A stretch of DNA of 63,455 nt, counting the filler, from Chiloscyllium plagiosum (lineage: Eukaryota): the NCBI RefSeq assembly GCF_004010195.1. It is 4 parts of one record of this genome, joined end to end, with 100 filler letters (N's around TTAATTAATTAA, not from the genome) between each part and the next. Parts side by side here need not be neighbours in the genome. Positions count along the whole stretch, not along the records: positions 21,608 to 43,649 come from NC_057711.1; positions 43,750 to 58,626 come from NC_057711.1; 2 more parts are not named here. The stretch is one strand, 5' to 3'. The notes under the pieces are model-generated. The model made no database searches and was not told the origin of the DNA. It saw nothing but the letters and a program-made list of their open reading frames with translations. The stretch's first letter is position 1. Each line of letters starts with the position of its first letter. The position numbers were made by a program, and so were the translations under genes. This document shows positions 40,765 to 53,752 of the stretch, piece after piece.

Positions 40765-40842
40765 CCCGCCAGCAGTGGCTGCTCACGTCACCCCTCTGCA
40801 CTTGTATTTGCAACGCAATGGAGCGGCAGGTTATTTTTTAGG

Positions 40843-41525
40843 ACTGCACAGTAGCTGAGTGGTTAGCACTGCTGCCTCACAGCACCAAGGTCCCAGGTTC
40901 GATTCCAGCCTCGTGTCTGCATGGGTTTCCTCCCACAGTCCAAAGATGTGCAGGTCAGGTGAATTGACCATGCTAAATTGCCCATAGTGATAGGTGCATT
41001 AGTCAGAGGGAAATGGGTCTGCATGGGTTACTCCCCAGAGGGTTGATGTGGACTTGTTGGGCCGAAGGGCCTGTTTCCACACTGTAGGGAATCAAAAAAC
41101 TTGATTTTATTCCTCAAATTCATATCCCTCTTGCTAAATTGTTTTTGGCTTTATCATCTATTGACCTCTCCCAATCAGCTGATTACAATTGGTTGTGCTT
41201 TCCCAACCAGACCCATCCTTGTTTAAATGCAGTCTCCAATTTTCGATTTTGGCACACTCAAGTGTCTTCCAGCCCCGGCCGACTGACTATGTGGAGTTTG
41301 CCCATTCTGCATGTCTATGTGGGTTTCCTCCTACCATCCAAAGATGTGCAGGTTAGGTGGATTAGCCATGCTAAATTGCCCCCTAACGTCCAAGTGGATT
41401 AGCCATGCGAAATCCAGGACTTATGGGGCGAGGGTAGGGGGTGTGTCTGGGTAGAATATTCTTCAGAGGAGCAGTGTGGACTTCATGGGCAGAATGACCT
41501 GCTTCCATATTGTAGGAATTCTATC
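40843..41525 (+). mobile_element. Two HE1-type SINE copies (40843-41092; partial 41270-41525)
   Basis: tggttagcactgctgcctcacagc head and aaagatgtgcaggttaggt core. Confidence 0.8.
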
Positions 41526-42576
41526 CTCTAATGAAACCCATTTCATTAGCTCCCATCTAAAGTCGGAACTTCTTACTGCCACCACACTTCGGACCTTGCA
41601 CCAATTTTAAACCTCCCTGTTCTTCCCTTTTCTGGGATCATGCTTTTATAGTAATCCCACCAAGTGTATTTATTTTTGCTACATGGAGCTGGAACTTCAA
41701 ATCTGGGTTACTCCTATTTGAATTTTCTTTCCTGTTCTTCAGGTATTCATCTCAACCCCTCTTTGACACGGTCATTATTTCTCACTGATTTAATGGTTCT
41801 CTCACATCCATGATCCAAAAGCCATTCCCGCATTACAATGTGCCATCATATTTCTACCTCAAGTGCTGAAATTTTGACTGAGTAATGCGAATCAGTAGTG
41901 CTTCCCCAGGAATTTCTTCATGGAGTCAACACGAGATAATCAAAGCCCTTACTTTTTTCAGGAATGTTACAGAACGGTGGTTATACATTCAGGTTCACTT
42001 AGCTTGTTCCACTTCAGACATCACCATGGGCTGGAATTTACTGCCAGATTATGCAGTGTTGCAAATTTACAGAGATAATATTTTAATAAATCTATCAAGA
42101 GCTTTTCTTTTGAAGATGTAACTGGTAGGATAGGGAAGGGGTAAGTCAGTGGGACGCGGTATTTTTGGATTTTCAGGAGGCATTTACAAGGATGTCACAC
42201 CACATGTCATGACAAGGAAATCAGAGTTCACAAAATTGCAATCTCTGTTTAATCAATAGAAAAAGTAGAAATAAATTGAGTTACTTTCCAGGGCGACAGA
42301 TGTAATTAATGGAGTGATGCAAGGATCAATGGTTGGGTTCTATCTATTCAAATCTTGATTTGGCAAGACCAGGAATATTGAATATATAGTTTTGATCTCC
42401 TTACCAATAAATACAAAAGGTTCACTAAAAGTGATTCCTGGGATGAGAAGGCCCCCTACAAGCAAATGTAGGATCAATGTGCTCTAGAATTCCAAGAAGA
42501 GCAATATGATTGCACTGAAAAATAAAATGGAGTGGATGTGCAGCAGAGTAAAGGACATTTTCCTGGTTGAAAGATG

Positions 42577-43649
42577 TAGAGTCATAGAGATGTACAGCAT
42601 GGAAACAGACCCTTCGGTCCAACCCGTCCATGCTGACCAGATATCCCAACCCAATCTAGTCCCATCTGCCAGCACCCGGCCCATATCCCTCCAAACCCTT
42701 CCTATTCATATATCCATTCAAATGCCTCTTAAATGTTGCAATTGTATCAGCCTCCACCACATCCTCTGGCAGCTCATTCCATACACATACCTTCCTCTGC
42801 GTGAAAAGGTTGCCTCTTAGGTCTCTTTTATATCTTCCCCCTCTTACCCTAAACCTATGCCCTCTAGTTCTGGACTCCCCGACCCCAGGAAAAAGACTTT
42901 GTCTATTTATCCTATTCATGCCCCTCAATTTTGTAAACCTCTATAAAAGGTCACCCCTTAGCCACCGACGCTCCAGGGAAAACAGCCGCAGCCTGTTCAG
43001 CCTCTCCCTATAGCTCAGATCCTCCAACTCTGGCAACATCCTTGTAAATCTTTTCTGAACCCTTGCAAGTTTCACAACATCTTTCCGATAGGAAGGAGAC
43101 CAGAATTGCACGCAATATTCCAACAGTGGCCTAACCAATGTCCTGTACAGCCACAACATGACCTCCCAACTCCTCTGTACTCAATACCCTCGCCAATAAA
43201 AGGAAAGCATAGCAAATGCCTTCTTCATTATCCAATCTACCTGCGACTCCACTTTCAAGGAGCTATGAACCACTCCAAGGTCTCTCTGTTCAGCAACACT
43301 CCCTAGGACCTTACCATTAAGTGTATAAGTCCTGCTAAGATTTGCTTTCCCAAAATGCAGCACCTTGCATTTATCTGAATTAAACTCCATCTGCCACTTC
43401 TCAGCCCATTGGCCCATCTGGTCCAGATCCTGTTGTAAATCGGAGGTAACCCTCTTCGCTGTCCACTACACATCCAATTTTGGTGTCATCTGCAAACGTA
43501 CTAACTGTACCTCTTATGCTCACATCCAAATCATTTATGTAGATGACAAAAAATGTAGAGGACCCAGTGGCACTCCAGTGGTCACAGGTCTCCAGTCTGA
43601 AAAACAACCCTCCACCACCACCCTCTGTCTTCTACCTTTGAGCCAGTTC
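42577..43649 (-). mobile_element. CR1/HER1 LINE 3' portion, ends at a gap
   Basis: FADDTKIG, LYRTLVRPLLEYCVQFWSP and 3' tail. Confidence 0.93.
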
Positions 43650-43749
43650 NNNNNNNNNNNNNNNNNNNNNNNNNNNNNNNNNNNNNNNNNNNNTTAATTA
43701 ATTAANNNNNNNNNNNNNNNNNNNNNNNNNNNNNNNNNNNNNNNNNNNN

Positions 43750-44533
43750 TTATTGGTCAGAGTATTGAGTACAGGAGTTGGGAGGTCATGTTGCGGCTGT
43801 ACAGGACACTGGTTGGGCCACTGTTGGAATATTGCATGCAATTCTGGTCTCCTTCCTATCGGAAAGATGTTGTAAAACTTGAAAGGGTTCAGTAAAGATT
43901 TACAAGGATATTGCCAGGGTTGGAGGATTTGAGCTCTAGGGAGAGGCTGAACAGGCTGGGACTGTGTTCCGTGAAGCGTCGGAGGCTGAGGGGTGACCTT
44001 TAGATTAGATTAGATTAGATTAGATTACTTTACAGTGTGGAAACAGGCCCTTCGGCCCAACAAGTCCACACCGACCCGCCGAAGCGCAACCCACCCATAC
44101 CCCTACATTTACCCCTTATCTAACACTACGGACAATTTAGCATGGCCAATTCACCTGACCTTATAGAGGTTTACAAAATTATGAGAGGCATGGATAGGGT
44201 AAATAGACAAAGTCTTTTCCCTGGGATCGGGGAGTCCAGAAGTAAAGGGCATAGGTTTAGGGTGAGAGGGGAAAGATATAAAAGAGACCTAAGTGGCAAC
44301 TTTTTCACGCAGAAGTGGTACGTGTATGGAATGAGCTGCCAGAGGAAGTGGTGGAGGCTGGTACAATTGCAACATTTAGGAGGCATTTGGATGGGTATAT
44401 GAATAGGAAGGGTTTGGAGGGATATGGGCCGGGTGCTGGCAGGTGGGACTAAATTGGGTTGGGATATCTGGTCGGCATGGACGGGTTAGACCGAAGGGTC
44501 TGTTTCCATGCTGTACATCTCTATGACTCTATA
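43750..44533 (+). mobile_element. CR1/HER1 LINE 3' portion with a nested partial SINE (44001-44160, -)
   Basis: CR1 ORF2 C-terminus; the SINE fragment is flanked by tgacctt on both sides. Confidence 0.9.
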
Positions 44534-47500
44534 TGTGCAGATCACAATGCATCTTCCTGGGTTGCTCGCTCATTCCTGCCTCCCTGTGACCACAGCAATG
44601 GTCCTGACCAATTCCAGCCAGTACAACTGCCCTGAGGATCTCATCGTCACCCACACCTAACCCCCATTCCCTACACCCACTGTATCCTGGTGTTGGTGCT
44701 CTTCTCACAATTCCGTATCAGATTTTCCTGTGATAAAAGAAGGATTTAGTGTTACATGCGGTGGTATAGGAGTAGTTTGTGAGCAGGACAGGTGAGGCGC
44801 CACTAAGTGAGTAAGAGATGCAATGGGCAGAATGGGTATGCAGTTTGAGAGAATAAAGTACATATGATCCTTTGAGTATACATCATACATTAATGCTTTC
44901 ATGCTGTGACTTTTGCAGTGGCAGAGTTTGATTGAAAGCATTGTGAGTGTGAGGCACCAAAAAAAAAGCACGGTGTATAGAAATCATTCGTTTTTCTTGA
45001 GGGACTTGCCATTCCTATTGTGTGGGCCAGTGGCACTGGCTTGTACTGTGATCTGCTCCCAAGCTGGACATTTCTGATGGGCTTCTTGGTACCATTTCAC
45101 TGGGAACAGGATGGACCTTCCCTCAGACAATTAATCCATCATCATCTGCCAGGCAGCATCAATAAACCTGGAAGCCAGATTCGACTTCTTGGCTTCTGGC
45201 TCTTTGGAAGTTTCTAGCTTGCTGCAAGTGAATTGGTGTGTAGCTCGCCTTTAAATATGGAGAGTCTTATCAGTGGCAAGAATGTCCAGCTCGCTTGCCA
45301 CAACATCCTGCTTACAAAGATAATGAGCTGATAAACCTCTGATGGTGTGACAATTACTCCCCAAACTCATTGGTGGATCTGATTGTCATCTCAGGTGCTC
45401 TGTTTGCATTGCATTCTTCAGACATACAGTAAAACCTGAGCTAATAAGATGACACACAATGGCGCAGACGCCATATTTTTCTTAAACTGGCATCTGCATT
45501 GCCAAACCTATCCACATTACAGAGCCAGATTTTGTAGCAGAGAGAGATTTTTGCTTGGTTAATTATTAATGCTATTGGATTTCTTTAATATTTTTCTTGT
45601 AACAGGGAATAACAGCAGAATTTGCCTCTTGTGCATACATCACCCAATGGCTATTTATGTCTCATTTTCAACTTCCCTGTCTGCTATTAAGACTATCCTC
45701 AGAACCCACTTCTTCGATGATGCATTTGGTTACCCCTGTTAAAAATCCCTAATCTACTTTGTCCTTAAGAGACATAGTTTGAAATGTTTTTCTATATTGA
45801 AGGTACTTTAAAATGCATGTTTTTGTTGCTGATTTGTCACTAGGTATGTGTCCTGTTATAAATTTAGTCATATTAAGATAAAATATTCACTGTTACAGGT
45901 GAATGAGAGAGTAGAGGTTTAACCTCCTTTCATTAATGTTTGGACTTTGAAGAGGTTAGAATACTTTAGTTCAGCATTGAAACAGCCAACTGCAGTTGGA
46001 ATTCGCATCAAAATTGCATAGCTGCTAGTCCTTCGAAACATTGCAAAGATGCACCTCTGTGGCTGAATCTTGGTAGAAATCAGCTGTGTCAATTTTGGCA
46101 AATTTCATGGAGGACTTCTGTCCATTATCTCATGCTGTCTTCCAAAACTTGCTGCACTTATCATATTGTCCTGTTCACGACAGAGGTATTGACCACTGCT
46201 AGGATCTCCTGGGTATCCTGGTGAAACGTTTAAGCCCAGTGAAAGTCTGGTCAAGACCGGCATGTCCACAGCTGTTTGCTTTATTTGCCCTGTACATGTT
46301 GGATAAAGGGTAGTTGGCACCCTGAATTGCCAACAGGGATCTGAAGATTTTGCTGGCTGGAGCTGGAATGCTAAGTTTTCATTCCTTAATCAGGAATTGT
46401 TGCTGTCAACTTTCTAGACGGTGAGTGGAATAATGGGAAACTGCAGATTATGCTAGCCTGCAATTATGTTAGTCTGATAACTAATTTATGTACTCAATTG
46501 TTGAATTGAATTGATCGCTTGATTGTTGCTTAAGCCTGTATGGAATTTTGAGAGCTCAGTAAACTGCAAATCAATGAGAAACTGTGTATGTGAAAGCGCA
46601 GCTTCCTTCAAACAAATCCAATTTTCATTAACAATGCTGTGGATCATAAGATTAATTTCATGAACGTGCATTGTCACACAGGAATTGCCAACGCTTATTG
46701 AAATAATAGGATAATTGCAGGTATTCCATTGAATTTTCGATCTCGGTCCTTATCCACCAGCAGCACAAATTTGGAGATTATTCCTCTGTTATTGACCCAA
46801 TCGGATTATTCTTTCAAAAAGCCTGGCAAACTGCAAAATGGGCCAAATGACTACCTTCTAAGTTACATTCCTGATGAAGGGCTTTTGCCCAAAACATTGA
46901 TTTTCCTGCTCCTCGGATACTGCCTGACCTGAAGTGCTTTTCCAGCACCACTCTCATCTTGAATACCATCTGTGTTTTTGATTATGAACAAGGAATCAAA
47001 GGAGCCACTCAGCCCTTACTAAATATCCCCTTAATTTTTTGAAACCAAATTCAATTCTATGAATCTTTACAATCTTAGAGCCCCAGGTTTGTAATCTCTC
47101 AAATGAATGCATTGATGCCATTTTAAATAAATAGTTTCCAGAATTAAATATTCAAGATCAGGCCTAATAAATGAGGCATAAGCTAGTTTCATCTGTTTGC
47201 TGTCTCCTGAGATGTACCTTAATATTTGATTAGTCTCATATTTCACAGCATTGGAAATACAAGTATTGATCAACACAACAAGAAAATTGTTTTCAGGGAA
47301 TCTTGAGCTTGATTCTTCTACTACCATTGGTTACCACTTATTTTGGTTGTTTTTTGCTGTTTCAATGTTAACCATAATGCAAAGGAACAAACCTAAGAGC
47401 AAGACTGTGGTCTGAATTTTAGCCCCACATGCTCCCAGAACATTTGATGTGGTGGCCAGTCATAAAATGAAGTGGTTGGTCAGGTCCCCACCATCCTGCC

Positions 47501-48199
47501 CATCCTGACCTGTCCCTTATATTGGAGGAGACAAGAAGGTATCGGGTGGCATTTCTGCCCTTAGGCCTATCGAAGCCTTTACGTGGCCAATTAACTGCTG
47601 CCTCATTCCACCTCCACCATGATTTCTTGCTCTGTGGGGAAAGGTGGGCACAAAACTTGGCAGCTTTGACTGCTGGGATATCTGTCGGGCAGGAAGGGGG
47701 TTATCTCTTTTTGCAGAGTTCCCTGTGCCCATCTCATGGGATGTGCTGTACTGACCATGGCCTGCCTACACCGCACCCCCACCTCCCACACTGCCAGTCT
47801 GTGAACTCTTAACCAGCCTCCCCAGACTCACTCCAAGTTGAAGAGTCATCTTCTTCTCTCGGATTGCTTATGGTCCCAACAGCATTGAGCACAACCTGCT
47901 TCTGTTGCTGCTGGACTTGGAGATTGGTGAGCAGCTGTCCAGGCTCCAACACCCCATAAAGTTCATCCGTATGGAAACAGGAAATATTGGAAATATTCAC
48001 AATGTCTGTGGAAAATAACCCAAGTTCATTTTTCTAATCAATGACCTTTTGTTAGAACTGGAAGATTATTAGAAATGTAACTGGTTTCCAGGATGTGAAG
48101 AGTTAGGGGAAGTGGAATGAAGAAAAAAGGTGAAGGGTTGGGATAGAGTGAAAGGCAAGGAAGATTACATTACAGAAGAAATGGGTCGTATAAAGCAAA

Positions 48200-49100
48200 A
48201 GCATCACTGCTGGGTCCCTTATTGTGTGTGGTATATATTAATGGTGCAGAAGAGAATGCAAGGGTATGATAAGTAAGTTTGTGGATGACATGAAAATTGT
48301 CTGGGTGATTGATAGAGTCAAAGAAAGTCTTAGTTTACAGGAGGATATAAACTGATTGGCCAGACAGGCAGATCAGTGGCAGATGGAACTTAACCCTGAT
48401 AGGTGTGGGTGATGGTGCACTTTCAAAGAAGGAACAAGACAAGGGACTAGTCAATGAATGGCAGGACCCTGGGAAGCTCAGGAGAACAGAGGGACTCTAG
48501 GAAGCTCAGTTGTGGCCTAGATTATAACAGCAGGAAAGTTATATTGGAGCTATGCATAACTTTGGTTAGCCACAGTTGAAACACTCTGTGCAGTTCTGGT
48601 TACCACGCTATTGGAAAGATATGGTTGCACTGCATTGGGTGCAGAGGAGATTCATCAGGATGCTGCCTGGGATACAGCACTTTAGTTATGAAGAGAGGCA
48701 GGATAAGCTTGGTTGTTTTCTTCAGAGCAGAGAAGGCTGCAGGGGGCCCTGATTGGATAAGATTATGACAGGCATAGACAGAATGGATAGGAAGCAGCTG
48801 TATCACTTCGTTGAAGGATCAATAACAAGTGGGAATCATCTTGAGGAGAGAGAGGTTTCGGTGACTTGAGGAAACATATTTTCACCCAGAGAGTGATATG
48901 GGTCTGGAATGCATTTCTTGGGAGGGCTGTTAGGCAAGTAACTGAACAACCCTTAAAACGTATTTGGGTGAGCACTCAAAATGTCATACAATTCAAGGCA
49001 ATGGACCTAGTGCTGAAAGGTGGGAATAGTGAAGATTTAGTGCAGCTATTGAATAGACTAGATGGACCAAAGGGCCTTTTCTGTACTGTATGATTCTATG
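48200..49100 (+). mobile_element. Older CR1 3' fragment
   Basis: aagtttgtggatgacatgaaaattg, tggcagatggaa, IFTQRVIWVWNA; attctatg tail. Confidence 0.8.
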
Positions 49101-49199
49101 AACAGTGGAACACATTCAAGAATAAAATAGGGACAGTGCAGGGCCAATAAGTTGCAATAAAGAGTCTGACAAACAATTCCTGTGAATATTGAGGGCTAT

Positions 49200-51696
49200 C
49201 AAGGGATATGCAGGATTGGATAAAGAGAAAAAGGCAGGCTTGTAGCTAATACTGGGAGCTCAGAATCACAGAAGCTCTAGCAAAGTATAGAATGTTCAAA
49301 AAGGAATATAAAACAGGAAATTAAGAGAGCAAAATGGTGTGTGAAAAGATAATGGCAGGTAAAAGAAAAGCGGAATTTATTTTACAAGCACATTAAAAGT
49401 AAAACAATAACACACGGAAGAGTAGAGCCCATTAAGGACCATTGTGGTAATTTACATGTGGTGCCAGGTGGCATAGATAGGGTTCTAAATGAATACTTTG
49501 TGTTGGTGTTCTCTAATGAGAGGAACAATATGGGAATAGAAATCAGGGAGAAGGTCTGAGCACGGACAGAGTGGTCTGAATGGTCTGACAGTCTTAAGAG
49601 TAGATAAATCTCCAAGACCAGATGGAATGTATCCACAAGTTGTTTGAATGGGAAGAATTTCCCATACATACATACATACACACACACAGACGCACACACA
49701 TATAGTAGAATAGACATGAAATAGTTGACCGAGAATACTTAAGCAAGGCTTATTCAAGTAGAACAATTTGACATTCAATTAGACCACAGGACCCTGCACC
49801 CTGACTGTTGACGAGATTAAACAGGATGATAGGACAGAAGGAGCTGATAAAGTAGATAGCTGATTAAAGTATTAAACTAAAATGAAAGAACATGACGTGC
49901 CCGAAGGAGTGACCACACTAAAAAGTGGGTGGAGACAAACTGCTGATGATTGCTAGACAACTTGTTCATTTTTGTGTACAAACAGCTGTAACTCTTGCTC
50001 ATGAATCAGAGTGAGTCCAGTGTTCCTGCATGTCCACCTGAAACTTCTGTCCCTGCATTTACTGGGAACTGCTTGTAATAAACCAGTCGATTCACTTGAG
50101 CGAACTCCTTTGCCTCCAGGTTGTTACTGCCTCCGTGAAGGTTGCTCTTGCATTGCTGAATGAGGTAAAGGAGAAAATGAAGGGATGCTTGCAAAAATTT
50201 CCATTTCTACTCTGGCCACGTTGGAGTTTCGAGAGTATGGAGCACAGCCAATGTGGTACTGTTATTCAACCAGGAAAATACAGGCTAGTCAGCCTAAACT
50301 TCGTGGTCAGAAGTACTTTTGAGAGACAGAATTAATCTGCACTCAGAGAGGTAGGGATTAATAGCATAGTTTTGTTAAGGGGAGGTCATGTCTGACCAAC
50401 TTCATAGAATCATAGAATCCGTACAGTGTAGAAATAGGCCATCCAGCATGTTGGGTGTGCATGAACCACTAAAGACCATTCCACCCTGTAACCCTGCATT
50501 TCCCATTGCTCACCCACCTAGCCTGCACATCCCTGGGCACTATGGCAATTTACCATGGCCAAACCAGAGCACCTGGAGGAAACCCATGCTGACACGGAGG
50601 GGGCAATGTGCAAACTCCACACAGACAGTCACCGAAGATTGGAATCAAACTTGGGTCTCTGGTGCTGTGAGGCAGCAGTGCTAACCACTGAGCCACCGTG
50701 CTACTCAACTTAAATGAATTTTGTGAAGAGGTGTGAATTTTGTGCTTTGATGAGGCCAATGCTTTTGATGTAGCCTTCTTGGACTTCAACAAGGCTTTCG
50801 ATTAGGCTCCTCATGAAAGACTGAGATCCAAGGAAATTTAGCTAATTGGATCCAGAATTGGTTGAGTGGCAGCAAGCAAATGCTTGAGCGGTATTTTTGT
50901 GACTAGAAGTGTGATTCTGCTGGGATCAGTATTGGGGACATTGCAGTCTGTGGTTTTATAAATGATTTAGACTTGAATGTAGGAAGGTATTCCTGATGAA
51001 GGGCTTTTGCCCGAAACGTCGATTTCGAAGTTCCTTGGATGCTGCCTGAACTGCTGTGCTCTTCCAGCACCACTAATCCAGGTTGATCAGTAAATTGATG
51101 GATGAGATGAAAATTGTTGGAGTGGTAATTAATGAGGAGGTTAGCCTTAGATTACAAGAGAATATTGATGAGCTGGTCAGATATGCTGATCAGTGGCAAA
51201 TGGAATTCAATTTGGATAAATGTGAGGTGGTGCACTATGGCAGGACAAATAAGGTAGGGAAATGCATGATGAACAGTAGAATCTTGGGACAACTGGGAAT
51301 CTGAGGAACTTTTGTGTGCATGTCCACCAGTCTCTTAAGATAGCAGGGCAGGGAGATCAAGTGGTTAATAAAAAAATTCTTCGTCAAGACAGAGAAATGT
51401 AAGAGTTGGGAGGTTATACTGGAACTGTATAAAACGTGATCAGATCACAGCTAAAGCATTGTGTGCAGTTCTGGAATTCATGTTATAGGAGTGGTGTGAT
51501 AGTACTGGAGAGATTTACCAGGAATCTGCCTGGGTTGGACAGTTTTAGTTATGAAGAGAGATTGAGAGACTGGAGGTGTTTTCCTTAGAGCAGAAGAGAC
51601 TGAGAGATGACATGATTGAGATGTAAAACATTATGAGGGGCATAGACAGAGCAGACAGGAAGGAACTTTTCCCTTGGTAGAACGATCCATGACCTT
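49200..51696 (+). mobile_element. Fragmented older CR1, host of a SINE (50403-50702, -), a hammerhead-like insert (50989-51083) and the ERV
   Basis: ISKLMDEMKIVGVV...WQMEFNLDKCEVVHYGR; the CR1 sequence stops abruptly at the LTR TG. Confidence 0.8.
50993..51020 (+). ncRNA. Minimal hammerhead-ribozyme-like motif (best-preserved copy)
   Basis: CTGATGA-A-GGGC(TTTT)GCCC-GAAAC-GTC: both catalytic-core boxes, stem II hairpin, palindromic ACGT stem III and a GUC triplet. Activity not shown. Confidence 0.6.
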
Positions 51697-52448
51697 TGTT
51701 AAGACGGACCCGCGGGGTCCCGTCTTTGCGTGTTCTTTCGGAAGGAGAGACTCACACTGGCAACTATGGTTAGACGCAGACAGCAGTTTATTCACAGAAT
51801 CTTAACTGGTACAACAAATCTACAAGCATGCATTCGTTGGAGAAGGCGTTCTGCCTTCCCATTCAAACTTGACACAATTATACTTCGCGCTGCCTGGAGT
51901 CCCCGGTCAGTTCGCCTTCCCCATTGGTCCATTCATCTGCGCGCGCTGGGGATCCGTCCACCTATTGGCCGCATCGAAGTGCCTGTCCAGCTCCAGCTGT
52001 GCTTGACAATGGCTCAGCCATCCCTGGGAGCGGTTCCGATCCCGTATTCAATAGTCCATTGTGTCAAGGAATTACTATGCGTCTGACAGGCTAGCCATTT
52101 TCAATAGTTTCAGTTTAACTAAATTGACAATTACACTTATCAACTTTAGACTTAAATAGAGCCATTCACACTCACTTGTTATAGGTTCCGATAGAGCAAT
52201 TCACACTTGTCTAATAGTTACAGATTCCGATCGGTTTCTTTATTAATCCCGAGTTTCGATGGGGCAATTGATACTGGCTGGTTTTTACAGGCTCCAAGAT
52301 TTAATTAACATTATGCATATCCCTTACAAGCTCCAGCTGTCATGCAGTCGCCTGCAGCAGCTCGCTTGGCTGTTGTTAACCATTTCAGGGCTGGAAGTGT
52401 CACCCTCCCTAGCCCTACATTAAACACCCCAGTGAAATCTCCCCAACA
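51697..52448 (-). repeat. ERV 3' LTR (752 bp)
   Basis: Termini TGTT...AACA. On the minus strand: CCAAT at ~51964-51968 and ~51923-51927, TATAA at 51878-51882, AATAAA at 51787-51792. Immediately preceded by a polypurine tract. Confidence 0.85.
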
Positions 52449-52459
52449 TTCCCTCCCTT
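52449..52459 (-). promoter_or_regulatory. Polypurine tract (plus-strand primer site)
   Basis: AAGGGAGGGAA directly before the TG start of the LTR on the minus strand. Confidence 0.85.
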
Positions 52460-53752
52460 GGCCTCTACTGAGGCCACACCAACTCATGTAAACAGTAACG
52501 AACGTAAGAGGGCCGGAAGGGGGAAAGTAAACTACATAGGGTGCCACGTCTGCTGTCCAAAAAGAAGTCCCAAGTGGAAATGCCCATTCGCTACGGTGGT
52601 GTGTGTTTTGTCTCGTGTTTCCTTTTAAAACAAACGAGAAGGTGTAAGGGTATACTGCCCGCAGTCAGGTACACGCCAGCGATCGGAAACCCATCGGAAC
52701 AGTGTACTGTGCCCCGGCCTTCCCGCCGGCCAGAATGGTTCACAGGCCTGCAGGCCCGTCCAGGCGTCTGATGTATGTACTGCAGGCCATGTGGTCGGAG
52801 GCAACCTCCTCCAAGTGCACAGCGCAATTGCACCTGTGCCAGGCTGACCCGTGCCCGAGGAGACTCTTCTGCCACTGGATAACCTCCAGTCAGTAACAGA
52901 CAGCAACCTCCATCTAGTTGCCGCTGAGGACAGAGCCGGGCAGTGGCAACCCGATCAAAACCCACGTAGAACCTCCGATTGCAGTGTAGTAGTCACTGAT
53001 GTGACCAGCAGTTGAATCCCGGGGCATACAGTACTTCTCGGCCCCTGACTGCAGCGTACAGTATAAGTCAAAGTGCTGCCAATGTAGGTGGGCAAAAGTA
53101 ACATGGAAGGGGTCTATTATATTTTTTTTTGAACAGCAGATGTTAGACTGAGGGAGAAGGGAAGGATAGTATTGGGTAGTAGTAGGGAAAAAAAACATAA
53201 GCACACACCTATTGGAACCCCGTACCCTATGGAAATAGACGAACCTAAAATAGACCTGTCACCGTGAGCAGTGTGAATTGCCGTACATTAATGATAGTCC
53301 CCCGTCTACCGGGAACGGACATGCACACAAACTACAGCATCTGTTTCTATCCAAGAGAGAAAGGAAAAAAAAAATCATTATAAACCGCAAGTATCCCGCC
53401 CCCACTTGAGAAATAATCATTATAAACCGCAAGGACTCCCGTCACTTGCAATTACCCCCACGCAGAGGCAATCCGGCTGTCAGCTGAGTGAACTTTCTAG
53501 GGTTTAAGTACCCGAATCAGCAGGAGTTCCCGCCGCAGCCCGCCAGCTGTGTAAACATATTAAAGGCACTTGAAAGGTGACTACCTAGAACTCTATCAAT
53601 TTCACCACAGGCCGTCGGCTGTGTAGACAGCAAGGGCCCTTTGAGGTAAAAGCCGGGAGAGTTCCCGATTTAAACGGACAGATAACACAGCCCGGGGCCT
53701 GTGGAATACAGTACCCACACCCGGGTGAAAGTGAGGGAATCAGGCACTAGGG

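Noticed and set aside
42577..44533. Large inverted repeat of two CR1 3' ends
   Set aside because: The halves are separated by a gap of unknown size and may merely be contig ends at a common repeat.
52665..52892. In-frame TGA codons as selenocysteine
   Set aside because: No SECIS identified; mutation in a decaying provirus is simpler.
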